IMG/VR virus record: IMGVR_UViG_3300042359_000853
Span: 1 to 64,000 of that record
Length of the DNA stretch: 64,000 nucleotides
Reading direction: 5' to 3' (one strand)
Within the stretch, counting starts at the first letter, position 1. Every line of letters begins with the position of its first letter. This document shows, piece after piece, positions 1-8,302 of the stretch. The notes under the pieces were generated by a model. The model made no database searches. It was not told the origin of the DNA and was given only the letters and a program-made list of their open reading frames with translations. A program made the position numbers and the translations under genes.

Positions 1-224
1 ACAAACTTTACAAGGCTGTTTCAAGATAGAATATAAGTTTCTACTATAAATCCACCATCATAATACCTCAATATTTCCCAGATAATGGATTTTCCATATA
101 TATGAAAATCTTCCCCTTCATCTGAGCCCCCAAGATAAATCATTACCATTTCCAAAAAAAATAACACCACTCATATCTCTTGACCCTACAGGATAACTCA
201 TTATTTAGCTGATCCAAAGTAGTG

Positions 225-322
225 AAATTTCTTAAAAAGATATAAAGGGATAAAATCTTTCCTAGGTAAAACAGGTGTTGATATAAAAATAATAACATTT
301 ATTTCCATATATACTCTATATG
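225..322 (+). repeat. Direct repeat copy A (upstream/promoter region of ORF 320)
   Basis: aaatttcttaaaaa-gat..aagggataaaatc..ggtgt..atatata..tatatg aligns with 1781..1880; aagggataaaatc is exact at 245..257 and 1802..1814. Confidence 0.75.
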
Positions 323-1699
323 AAATACTTGAAAACATACGAGAGTTTTAGAATCCTTAATGAGGAAATATTTGGTCTTTTCGGGTCTAATAATGGTCAG
401 AAGAGATATAAAAAATTAGAAGATAAAGATCTAATTAGTTTTATCCAAGACAACTCTAAGGAATTGGAGGGTAAATTTTCGGTCCCTTGGAAGACAAACT
501 TAATACAAAATATTTCTAATAAAGACGAAATTATAAAAATATTAAATGATATAAAAAATGAGAGTAGCTTAGATGGATTTATAAGTGACCTAGAGCTTAG
601 TAAAAACATCAAATTAAAATCAGTAGAAAAAGATCCATCACAGGAAAAAAAAGATGAACCTCAACCCTCTAAAGAAAAAGAAAATACTAATTTACAAGAT
701 ACAGAATTAAGAACTTTTTTAGAAAAATGGAAGGTAGAGTGGGAAAATATAATAGGGGAAGGAATTAATGAAAAATATATTAATGGGTTATATAATTTCT
801 TAAAATGGGAACCAGAGTTTCAAAATGGTTTACTTAAAGGTGAAAGTATGGGGCCGGATGAAACAGATAGATCAATAAATTTCTTAAAATTAATACAAAA
901 ATATAACCCACAATCATTAAAAGAAAAATTAGATATAATTAATAAAAAAAGGGAAGAACTTTTTAAAGAAATAAAAAAATATTTACCTAATTTTAATATC
1001 GATGATCCCAAAACTCACGAAAAATTTTTTAAAGCCAGCAATGATAAACCCTATATGAGATTAGAAGATTTTTTAGAAAATCTTAACCTTTTTACTAAAA
1101 ATGAATATTCCTCCCCAATAAATAAAAAATTAGAATTCATTTCAGAAAAATTAGAAAAATTTTCATTTGGCACGGATGTTAAAAAATTAGGGATTGATAT
1201 TTTAAGAGATAAAAAACTTATAGTTGATAGAAATGGTTTTGTTACCTATCACGGATCTGATAGGGATAACTATGGCGATGATAAATTTGCTTCTACAATT
1301 AACTTTAAAAAAAGAAAAGGATTAGGGTTATTTACATCAGATTTAAAAACAGCAATACAATATGCTATAGCTCAAACTAAAGGGGGGATGGCAGGATCTA
1401 AAGCTGAAGAAGGTGATAAAGTTACGATTTATCGTATTGTATTAAATAGTAAACCATTTCTATTGGGTAATGAAAATGAAGTCTCTTTCAGTGAGATGAA
1501 GGTATTATTAGATTTTGGTTTTGGTGGTTTAGATGGTATAGGTCAAACCGATAATGAAAGAGAAATTATTATAGTAACTCCTGATGCTATCGAAGGGGCC
1601 GAACTGATAAGTCAAGGTGATGACGAATTTGGTAAGATTCTCAAGATGGCCGAACAAAAAGGGGGAGGACATCGGGTTTCTGGGAAAAAAATGGACTAG
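320..1699 (+). CDS. Putative head-packaged protein with C-terminal ADP-ribosyltransferase-like domain
   Basis: N-terminus MKYLKTYESF..LNEE. C-terminal motifs VTYHGS, GLGLFTSDLKTAIQYA and NEREIIIVTP fit the H-Y-E pattern of ART folds. Confidence 0.5.
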   Translation: MKYLKTYESFRILNEEIFGLFGSNNGQKRYKKLEDKDLISFIQDNSKELEGKFSVPWKTNLIQNISNKDEIIKILNDIKNESSLDGFISDLELSKNIKLKSVEKDPSQEKKDEPQPSKEKENTNLQDTELRTFLEKWKVEWENIIGEGINEKYINGLYNFLKWEPEFQNGLLKGESMGPDETDRSINFLKLIQKYNPQSLKEKLDIINKKREELFKEIKKYLPNFNIDDPKTHEKFFKASNDKPYMRLEDFLENLNLFTKNEYSSPINKKLEFISEKLEKFSFGTDVKKLGIDILRDKKLIVDRNGFVTYHGSDRDNYGDDKFASTINFKKRKGLGLFTSDLKTAIQYAIAQTKGGMAGSKAEEGDKVTIYRIVLNSKPFLLGNENEVSFSEMKVLLDFGFGGLDGIGQTDNEREIIIVTPDAIEGAELISQGDDEFGKILKMAEQKGGGHRVSGKKMD

Positions 1700-1780
1700 T
1701 AGCGTAGGTAAAAAAATTTCCAAAAAGTTCTTACATGGAAGTCTTGGCCGGAAAATTTTCTAAAAAAAGGGGGTCAAAAA

Positions 1781-1880
1781 AAATTTCTTAAAAAAGATGC
1801 GAAGGGATAAAATCCTTTTTTGGGTAGGAAGTGGTGTAATGAAAAAATGATTTAATCTTTTTCAATATATATACTATATG
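1781..1880 (+). repeat. Direct repeat copy B (upstream/promoter region of ORF 1878)
   Basis: Same motif order and spacing to the ATG as 225..322. Confidence 0.75.
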
Positions 1881-2348
1881 AAAAAGATTAAATCATTTGT
1901 AGAGCACATCAAGGAAGATTTAGATGTATCTACTAGGCAAAGAGCTTTTCAAGAGCTCGAGAATAGAGTAAAAAGCTTAAAAAATTTCGAGCTCGATCGT
2001 AAGCTCCGGCAGCTTAGTAATATCTACCGTAGTCTTTCTGGCAGCTCAAATGCTCTTAAAGACGAGTTACAAAATTATATACGGGAAGTTTTAGGAGTTC
2101 CTAGAGCTGAAATACTCTCACGTAATCTTAGTATTAGAGGCGTAGGTAATCATACTGTTGAGTTTATTGTAAGGGATGGTGAAAGATCTATTCTATTACA
2201 CCTGATTGTAAAGCCTAACGGATATCGCGTAGGTGGTACATCTAGTAAAGATTTCTTAGATAGATGTGAGAATGATATACAATTTTGGGAGTTAGTAGAT
2301 AATCTAGCCCAGGGTATTCAGGAGAATGATATTTATTTGGAAAAATAA
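1878..2348 (+). CDS. Hypothetical protein with N-terminal MKKIKSFVEHIKE peptide
   Basis: 156 aa ORF; ATATATA box just upstream of the ATG. Confidence 0.75.
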   Translation: MKKIKSFVEHIKEDLDVSTRQRAFQELENRVKSLKNFELDRKLRQLSNIYRSLSGSSNALKDELQNYIREVLGVPRAEILSRNLSIRGVGNHTVEFIVRDGERSILLHLIVKPNGYRVGGTSSKDFLDRCENDIQFWELVDNLAQGIQENDIYLEK

Positions 2349-2431
2349 TTTCAAAAAAACCATATAAAACACTTAAAGACATTTAGGCAACTGGACAAAG
2401 AGACCTCTATTGAAGTAAATATTATCAGGTT

Positions 2432-2698
2432 TTATATGCCTAATATTTGATCGATTTTTTCATCTCTTACCTTTGAGAACTTCTTGAAGTTCTTCATTTC
2501 ACGGGTAATTACAAATAATGAAAGGGGAAATCTTCTACCGCTCTTGTTATATAACACTACCATACCAAATGCTATAGGATCATTTTGGTAGCCAGTATAT
2601 TCTTTGAATTGGACCAAATCACCCCTCTTCAATGGTCCGACCAGCATATCTCTTCCTTGGTAGATGAGAGTTTCACCGGGTATAAATTTATTTTCCAT
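2432..2698 (-). CDS. Small hypothetical protein, paralog array member 1 (C-term RDEKIDQIL)
   Basis: Shares GETLIYQG / LKRGDLVQF / RDxKIxxIL layout with neighbours. Confidence 0.75.
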   Translation of the reverse strand: MENKFIPGETLIYQGRDMLVGPLKRGDLVQFKEYTGYQNDPIAFGMVVLYNKSGRRFPLSLFVITREMKNFKKFSKVRDEKIDQILGI

Positions 2699-2936
2699 GT
2701 TCCAATATATCGTTTATTTTGCTATCTCTTACTTTCCAATCCCTTATGAAATAACAAACATCTTGACTAGGTATATAACTTACATTTTTACTCTGTGTAT
2801 ATCTTGATACATACATACCTCCACTTTGAAAGTATTGGATAAACTCTACACGTTCCCCTTTTTTAAGTGTAGTATAAGGTCCTAGTGTCTCTCCTATGAA
2901 AATGAGGATTTCTCCAGTTATGAACTGATGTGACAT
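2688..2936 (-). CDS. Small hypothetical protein, paralog array member 2 (C-term RDSKINDIL)
   Basis: GEILIFIG / LKKGERVEF; TATATTTG box 15 nt upstream. Confidence 0.75.
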   Translation of the reverse strand: MSHQFITGEILIFIGETLGPYTTLKKGERVEFIQYFQSGGMYVSRYTQSKNVSYIPSQDVCYFIRDWKVRDSKINDILEHGK

Positions 2937-2950
2937 ATCTAAATTTTTTA

Positions 2951-2958
2951 CAAATATA
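2951..2958 (-). promoter_or_regulatory. Bacteroidota-type -7 promoter element TATATTTG
   Basis: Matches TAnnTTTG consensus, upstream of ORF 2936(-). Confidence 0.65.
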
Positions 2959-2963
2959 GTTAT

Positions 2964-3218
2964 TTATTTTTGGATTTCTTCAGGGGGTAGTTCTAATATT
3001 TGCGAGATTTTTTCATCTCTTAACTCTTGAATAGTTTTCAAAAAGCAGTCGTCGATAGTGTATAGTTGGTTGGGTTCCCCAATGAGTTCAACCAAAAGCC
3101 TTTTTCCCCGACCGAGGGTATGAAAAAGAACTTCTCTTAATATCACTCGCCGACCTGGTGGAAACCCATTTAATCTTGCTGTTTTGTCTCTCAGTATCAA
3201 TATATCACCTGTTTTCAT
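2964..3218 (-). CDS. Small hypothetical protein, paralog array member 3 (RDEKISQIL)
   Basis: GDILILR / PPGRRVIL / RDEKISQIL. Confidence 0.75.
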   Translation of the reverse strand: MKTGDILILRDKTARLNGFPPGRRVILREVLFHTLGRGKRLLVELIGEPNQLYTIDDCFLKTIQELRDEKISQILELPPEEIQK

Positions 3219-3486
3219 TATCTAATAGAATATTTATTTTTTTTGATCTCCATTCAGATAAGCTGATAAACAATTCAGGTGTAAAAAACTCATCTAAAAG
3301 TTCAAATCCTTGAGGATGAACTTCCCGTCCTACCTGATACACCATTAAATATTGTTTTGCGCTGTGAGTTTTGAGCCTCATCCACTTTCCGAAAAAAATA
3401 ACCTTATCACCGTATTTAAGGTAGGGTGGCTCGTTGATATCTTGACCGATATAAACGATAACATCTCCTCTAAGGGGGGAGTTCAC
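3205..3486 (-). CDS. Small hypothetical protein, paralog array member 4 (RSKKINILL)
   Basis: GDVIVYIG / LKYGDKVIF; GTG start. Confidence 0.7.
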   Translation of the reverse strand: MNSPLRGDVIVYIGQDINEPPYLKYGDKVIFFGKWMRLKTHSAKQYLMVYQVGREVHPQGFELLDEFFTPELFISLSEWRSKKINILLDNENR

Positions 3487-3510
3487 TACTGCTAGTAGGA
3501 AGAATATAGC

Positions 3511-3876
3511 TCATAGTTCTTCCCTGTTTTGGTCGGTTTGGTTACCATCATCCCCTTCATCGGATAGAAGATCTCTTAGCTTACACTCTCTAATGGCTTG
3601 AGTTACTATTTCATCAGAAGCAAATTTAACGTCGTGACCACGGGAATCACAACTATAGACTAATTTACCATCACTAGAATAGTATTCTCTACTCCAAAAT
3701 CCATTAGAATCTCTGAGTAGGTAATTTCTTCCGAGATGATCCCAAAACCATCTAGTGCAAGTACCATCTTCTTCTTCTCTGTAAATAAGTTGGTGGTGCT
3801 CGTTTTGGATATCAAGATTACCATTCACCGAGAAATCCCAATCGAGTAGTTCAGATATTTTAGGCCACGGATTCAT
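3511..3876 (-). CDS. Hypothetical protein with short beta-hairpin-like repeats
   Basis: REEEDGTCTRWFWDHLG / RDSNGFWSREYYSSDG / SCDSRG periodicity; C-term RECKLRDLL. Confidence 0.6.
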   Translation of the reverse strand: MNPWPKISELLDWDFSVNGNLDIQNEHHQLIYREEEDGTCTRWFWDHLGRNYLLRDSNGFWSREYYSSDGKLVYSCDSRGHDVKFASDEIVTQAIRECKLRDLLSDEGDDGNQTDQNREEL

Positions 3877-4301
3877 TTTTGTGGAATTGTAATTATAGTG
3901 CCGCTTTTAAGGCCAAGCTCCCTAGCTAAGTGCCAACAAGAATCTGCCTGGGTCAGGTCACCTTGAACATGGTGGATACTTCCAAGCAGTAGCAAGGCCT
4001 CTGGTGTTGGATACCAAATAAGTGTTTGCTCGACAAGAGCTCTAGCTTCGGTGTATCTACGTTCATAAACCATTTTTTGAGCTCTTACTAAATTTTGAAT
4101 GATTAAATCTGTGGTGAAGTTAAATTTTTCATAAGTAAGTTGACGGGCCAGTGGAGGTATCGTATCCTTGGGTTTTTGTAGAGATGTTGAATCTTCACGT
4201 TTCTCGCGACCCCGCTCGGTATAGATACGAAATCTCGAACCTTGATAGCAAGAGACAAGTAGTAAAAATGAATAGAACAGAAGTGGTAAGAATTTTTTCA
4301 T
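3873..4301 (-). CDS. Putative lipoprotein with TPR-like helices
   Basis: MKKFLPLLFYSFLLLVSC signal and lipobox; YTEARALVEQTL..PEALLLLGSIHHVQGDLTQADSCW TPR pattern. Confidence 0.6.
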   Translation of the reverse strand: MKKFLPLLFYSFLLLVSCYQGSRFRIYTERGREKREDSTSLQKPKDTIPPLARQLTYEKFNFTTDLIIQNLVRAQKMVYERRYTEARALVEQTLIWYPTPEALLLLGSIHHVQGDLTQADSCWHLARELGLKSGTIITIPQK

Positions 4302-4957
4302 GATGGGTCTTGGGATAATATTCTATTTATTCTAGTTTCTCTTCTAAGTTGTAGAGGCATTACTTTTTCTATCATTCGCATAAAAGCTGCTCTTCTAGCC
4401 TCTTCATAACTTTGGAATCTAGGTATTCCATTGAAAAGTTCCGATTTTCTTTGATCCAGAAATTCACGGACTGAACTTTTCATATTCGTCACATGAAAAG
4501 TAAAAAGTTGAATATTAGGCATCCAATCAACTGAATATTTTAGGTAGTGAACTTCTCTGAACCACCAATCGGCAAGTGCGTAAGTGGGGTAATATTCAGA
4601 GTTACCCAAAAAACCAACTTCTTTGAGCTGTTCAAGTAGATCGCTCTCGATCATATCGACTGGTTTGAGTGGCATGTTGTAATTAGAGAGAGAGAGGAGA
4701 TGGTGAGTAAAATGAGATAAGAGGTAGTAAGAACTACCTAAACCTAATAGAGTTGCTAGATTGAAATTTTTCTGGGGATCCTCGTAGCAGGTTATTCCCA
4801 GCATGATGATGGTGATTAGAAGGCTCAAGAGGTCAAAAGCGGGGATATCCCTACCGAATCTTCCGAAAAAAAGATATTCCACGAGTCCAAAAACAAAAAC
4901 AAGTAGGTAAAGTGCTCGTAAATTGGTGAAATGCTCCCGTGATAGAAATCTTTTCAT
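4298..4957 (-). CDS. Membrane protein (N-terminal TM helices; C-term RETRINRIL)
   Basis: Three hydrophobic segments in the first 90 aa. Confidence 0.65.
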   Translation of the reverse strand: MKRFLSREHFTNLRALYLLVFVFGLVEYLFFGRFGRDIPAFDLLSLLITIIMLGITCYEDPQKNFNLATLLGLGSSYYLLSHFTHHLLSLSNYNMPLKPVDMIESDLLEQLKEVGFLGNSEYYPTYALADWWFREVHYLKYSVDWMPNIQLFTFHVTNMKSSVREFLDQRKSELFNGIPRFQSYEEARRAAFMRMIEKVMPLQLRRETRINRILSQDPS

Positions 4958-4970
4958 AGATATTTTTTTA

Positions 4971-5029
4971 CAAAGATAATAAGATTTTCCGGTTTTAGAT
5001 AGTCTTTAGGTAATTTTTTTGTATATTTG
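4971..5029. promoter_or_regulatory. Divergent TAnnTTTG promoter pair
   Basis: TATCTTTG on - at 4971..4978 (13 nt before ATG 4957) and TATATTTG on + at 5022..5029 (11 nt before ATG 5041). Confidence 0.7.
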
Positions 5030-5040
5030 AAAAAAAACTT

Positions 5041-5271
5041 ATGACATTTGTAGAAATAATTGGCTGGCTCTCAACTCTGGTGGTTTTCATTTCATTTTCT
5101 CAAAAATCCATGAAACGACTTAGAGTAGTTTCGATTGCTGCTTGCCTGTTATGGTCTTGGTATGGATATTTAAAATCTGATATGCCCGTTATAGTTACGA
5201 ATATTTCAATTATTTTCATACATATCTCGGCTCTTTATCGTGAAAAAGGTTCAGACGTAACGAGTTCCTGA
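5041..5271 (+). CDS. Small inner-membrane protein (YgjV / PQ-loop-like)
   Basis: EIIGWLSTLVVFISF..MKRLRVVSIAACLLWSWYGYL..PVIVTN; three TM helices. Confidence 0.6.
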   Translation: MTFVEIIGWLSTLVVFISFSQKSMKRLRVVSIAACLLWSWYGYLKSDMPVIVTNISIIFIHISALYREKGSDVTSS

Positions 5272-5652
5272 AATAACTCTAGGTGAAGGTCTTTTTTCTA
5301 TAGCTAAAAAATCTTCATATTGGTGTATGAAACCGGTTTGATTTATGAAATCTAAAAGTTTATCTCTTTGTGTGAGAGTTGTATAATCAAGTAGGGGATC
5401 TAAGTTCTTTATAAAAGGTATATAAAGACCCAAGGCAGAAACATTCCAGAAATTTTCTGTAAATCCTTGAAAATCTAGAGTAATATTTGGTCTTACACCA
5501 GATTCAGACCTAAAAATTATCCGAGTATCTCTACCTAGAAAATCTGAAATATCGCCTGGAAGCTCGTGTGAGTAATCTCCTGATATTAGAACAGTAGCGG
5601 ATGTTCCAATGAAGGGCTCAAGATGATGTCTGTAAATTTCAAAGTTTTTCAT
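5251..5652 (-). CDS. Hypothetical protein
   Basis: 133 aa ORF converging on the previous gene; natural composition. Confidence 0.65.
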   Translation of the reverse strand: MKNFEIYRHHLEPFIGTSATVLISGDYSHELPGDISDFLGRDTRIIFRSESGVRPNITLDFQGFTENFWNVSALGLYIPFIKNLDPLLDYTTLTQRDKLLDFINQTGFIHQYEDFLAIEKRPSPRVISGTRYV

Positions 5653-5717
5653 ATCTAAATATATTAAATATTTCCTGTTTTGTTCGAGTAGTAATCAAAC
5701 TTCTTTTTCTGAGCGTC

Positions 5718-5725
5718 TATAAATA
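5718..5725 (+). promoter_or_regulatory. TATAAATA box (exact T4 late-promoter consensus)
   Basis: 14 nt upstream of ATG 5740. Confidence 0.45.
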
Positions 5726-5739
5726 AGAAAAAAACATTT

Positions 5740-7314
5740 ATGAAACAAAAATTATTACTACTTCTCTTTCTACTAGTAAGTAGTCTGTCGGAAGCTCAAA
5801 ATCTAGTAGATACCGTAAGAACGAATATCACTACCAACACAACCTGGAGACGGGATAGAATTTATCTTATCGAAGGCTATCGGTTTGTAAAAGATGGAGC
5901 TACTCTAACAATCGAGCCAGGCACTACTATTAGAGGTGATAAAGCTTCGAAAGGCACACTTATTATTACAAAGACCGGAAAGATCCTAGCCAACGGAAAT
6001 GATACAATGCCTATTGTATTTACCTCGAATCAACCACAAGGAACTAGAACTTATGGTGACTGGGGAGGTATCGTAATCCTGGGAAACGCACCTATCAATG
6101 TTCCTGGTGGCATAGGTATTATCGAAGGTGGTCTTCTTGGGCAAGATGCTACTTATGGGGGAAATAACCAAGATGATAGTTCAGGAGTTTTTAGGTATGT
6201 TCGTATTGAATACCCAGGCATCGCCTATCAGCCAAACTCTGAAATAAACGGATTAACTCTCGGTGGTGTAGGTCGTAAAACACAAATCGATCACATACAA
6301 GTTAGCTATTCTGGTGATGATGCCTTTGAGTGGTTCGGTGGAAATGTAAATTGTAAATACCTAGTAGCACACAGAGGTTGGGATGACGATTTTGATACTG
6401 ATTTTGGATATTCTGGAAAGGTTCAATTCGCCTTATCAATGAGAGACCCAAATATTTCAGACCAATCCCAATCCAATGGACTTGAGTCTGATAACGATGG
6501 AACCGGAACTTTTAATACACCCTTTACTTCACCTCTATTTTCTAATGTAACTATTATTGGACCTAGAGAGGGTGGTAACCCGGCTTCACTCTACCGTAGA
6601 GCTATGCATCTTCGTAGAAATACCAGAACTTCTATCTATAACTCTCTTTTTACTGGTTATACAACTGGTCTTCATATTGATGGACAAGCATCTCAAGCAG
6701 CAGCTACTCTCGATAGCCTTCAGCTAGAACGTGTTATACTCTGTAATATGCTAAATAACTTCGAGCAAACATCTGGTCAAAATACCTGGCAAGGTATGAA
6801 CTCCTATTTTTTAGATTCAACTCGTCAGAACCAAATTATTGATAGCACATTTCGATTGGGTCTTCGCCCGGGTTACGCAAACTTGGGTAGTCCAGACCTC
6901 GTGCCAGATTCAGGAAGTTTATTGTTGAGTGGTGCTAATTTTACAAATCCCCGATTGAGTGATGGATTTTTTGATACCGTGAGTTTCATTGGCGCTTTTG
7001 GCCTAGTAGATTGGACTAGGGGCTGGTCAAATTTCAATCCAGATACCGTTCATACCTCTGTAGAAGTCGTAAATCGAACCGTAACAAGGGTTTATCCGAA
7101 CCCAGTTACACAAGGTCTATTTACTATTCAGTTAGATGAACTTCCACAAGATGTGCGTGTATTCGATATTCGTGGTAGGGAGGTTCAATCTTCATGGAGT
7201 CAGATCTCTGAAGATGCCATCCGAGTATCTCTGGATACAAATAAAGTTGGTCTAATGACCGTTCTTATTCAAGATAAACTTTCCTTAAAGATATCCAGAA
7301 TAGTAGTTCGGTAA
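5740..7314 (+). CDS. Secreted beta-helix-like protein with T9SS type A C-terminal sorting domain
   Basis: Signal peptide MKQKLLLLLFLLVSSLSEA. Core DDSSGVFRYVRIEYPG..EINGLTLGGVG..DDAFEWFGG resembles a Bacteroidota surface-protein family. C-term VYPNP..VRVFDIRGREV..KISRIVVR. Confidence 0.75.
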   Translation: MKQKLLLLLFLLVSSLSEAQNLVDTVRTNITTNTTWRRDRIYLIEGYRFVKDGATLTIEPGTTIRGDKASKGTLIITKTGKILANGNDTMPIVFTSNQPQGTRTYGDWGGIVILGNAPINVPGGIGIIEGGLLGQDATYGGNNQDDSSGVFRYVRIEYPGIAYQPNSEINGLTLGGVGRKTQIDHIQVSYSGDDAFEWFGGNVNCKYLVAHRGWDDDFDTDFGYSGKVQFALSMRDPNISDQSQSNGLESDNDGTGTFNTPFTSPLFSNVTIIGPREGGNPASLYRRAMHLRRNTRTSIYNSLFTGYTTGLHIDGQASQAAATLDSLQLERVILCNMLNNFEQTSGQNTWQGMNSYFLDSTRQNQIIDSTFRLGLRPGYANLGSPDLVPDSGSLLLSGANFTNPRLSDGFFDTVSFIGAFGLVDWTRGWSNFNPDTVHTSVEVVNRTVTRVYPNPVTQGLFTIQLDELPQDVRVFDIRGREVQSSWSQISEDAIRVSLDTNKVGLMTVLIQDKLSLKISRIVVR

Positions 7315-7334
7315 TTTTTTATCCGGTTTTTTCT

Positions 7335-7371
7335 AGAGGCGTAGGAAATATTTCCTATGCCTCTTTTTTTT
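7335..7371 (+). terminator. Intrinsic terminator
   Basis: agaggcgtaggaa-ata-tttcctatgcctct hairpin followed by T run. Confidence 0.85.
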
Positions 7372-7423
7372 GTTCTAGAGAGTAAACTTCTAAATATATA
7401 AATTTATAATCCTGTCATCTTCG

Positions 7424-7606
7424 GTGAAAGAAAAAATCTTCTCAACTATTGTTTTTACACTAATCTGGTTACTTGTAATCTGGGTATTAAGATTTTATAC
7501 AAATTTAGTTTTTGGAAATCCAGGATTTATAACTAGCTCAATAATAATATTCGTAGGATTTTTACTTGCTCACCTTTTTACGCCTTTACTTACAAAAAAC
7601 GAATAA
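7424..7606 (+). CDS. Small two-TM membrane protein
   Basis: 60 aa, two hydrophobic helices, GTG start. Confidence 0.55.
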   Translation: MKEKIFSTIVFTLIWLLVIWVLRFYTNLVFGNPGFITSSIIIFVGFLLAHLFTPLLTKNE

Positions 7607-7613
7607 CCAAAAA

Positions 7614-8147
7614 ATGCTACTTCGCTCTATTTTTCTTCTGATTTTACTACTTCTTTCTGCCAGAGGCCATTCTCAAATCTATCTTAATGGTGATACAATA
7701 AACGATCAAACTTGTAGAAGAGTTGGTCTTATTCAACTTGATTGGACAGAGACTATCGATACGTCATCTTCGAATGTTATACTCTATTATACGGTTCATA
7801 TTGATAAAATAATCGATGAGAAAAAACAAGAAGAGTTGGATAAGTTTTTAGATAAAAATTTAGTAGGGGGCAGAGGTGATACCCTTGTTTATTATTTTTA
7901 TTACTATAGATATGATCTAGAAACACTTTCATCACTTCTATCTCATTATAGTTTAAAAACTTCACTAGAGGTTAGAAAAATGATGTTTGTAAAAATTGGC
8001 GCTTGGGGTCTGGGCGCTGGAGTTGCCTTTATAAATCCCGTAGCAGGACTTTTAGTTATCTCAGCTGGAGAGATTTGGAGTTTGAAATGTCTAAGGAATA
8101 TTTCTAGAGATAGTATCGAGATGAGTGTCGATGTTCAAGGAAAATGA
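7614..8147 (+). CDS. Exported/membrane hypothetical protein
   Basis: Likely start MLLRSIFLLILLLLSARGHS (signal peptide) at 7614; C-terminal glycine-rich hydrophobic hairpin. Confidence 0.65.
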   Translation: MLLRSIFLLILLLLSARGHSQIYLNGDTINDQTCRRVGLIQLDWTETIDTSSSNVILYYTVHIDKIIDEKKQEELDKFLDKNLVGGRGDTLVYYFYYYRYDLETLSSLLSHYSLKTSLEVRKMMFVKIGAWGLGAGVAFINPVAGLLVISAGEIWSLKCLRNISRDSIEMSVDVQGK

Positions 8148-8148
8148 A

Positions 8149-8237
8149 AAAGGAGTCAAATCTAGTTAAAGGCCACTTAGTTTCAAGAAGTTTGGGACTA
8201 CTTACAAAACTCACCTCTACTGTTGATTGACTCCTTT
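8149..8237. ncRNA. Candidate structured intergenic RNA
   Basis: 11-bp terminal inverted repeat aaaggagtcaa/ttgactccttt plus internal hairpin 8178..8200 that pairs fully only with G-U wobbles on +. Confidence 0.3.
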
Positions 8238-8302
8238 GAATATATAGTAGAAAAAATATAAGTTGATATCAAAGATATAAAAATTTTGATATATAAATAT
8301 GT

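Noticed and set aside
21-149. 42-aa minus-strand ORF (MVMIYLGGSDEGEDF...)
   Set aside because: Short, no clear promoter or start context, no recognisable motif; cannot be supported.
8149-8237. tRNA gene suggested by the 7-bp GGAGTCA/TGACTCC stem and about 85-nt length
   Set aside because: No TTCRA T-loop, D-loop GG or 7-nt anticodon loop on either strand; kept only as a generic structured-RNA candidate.
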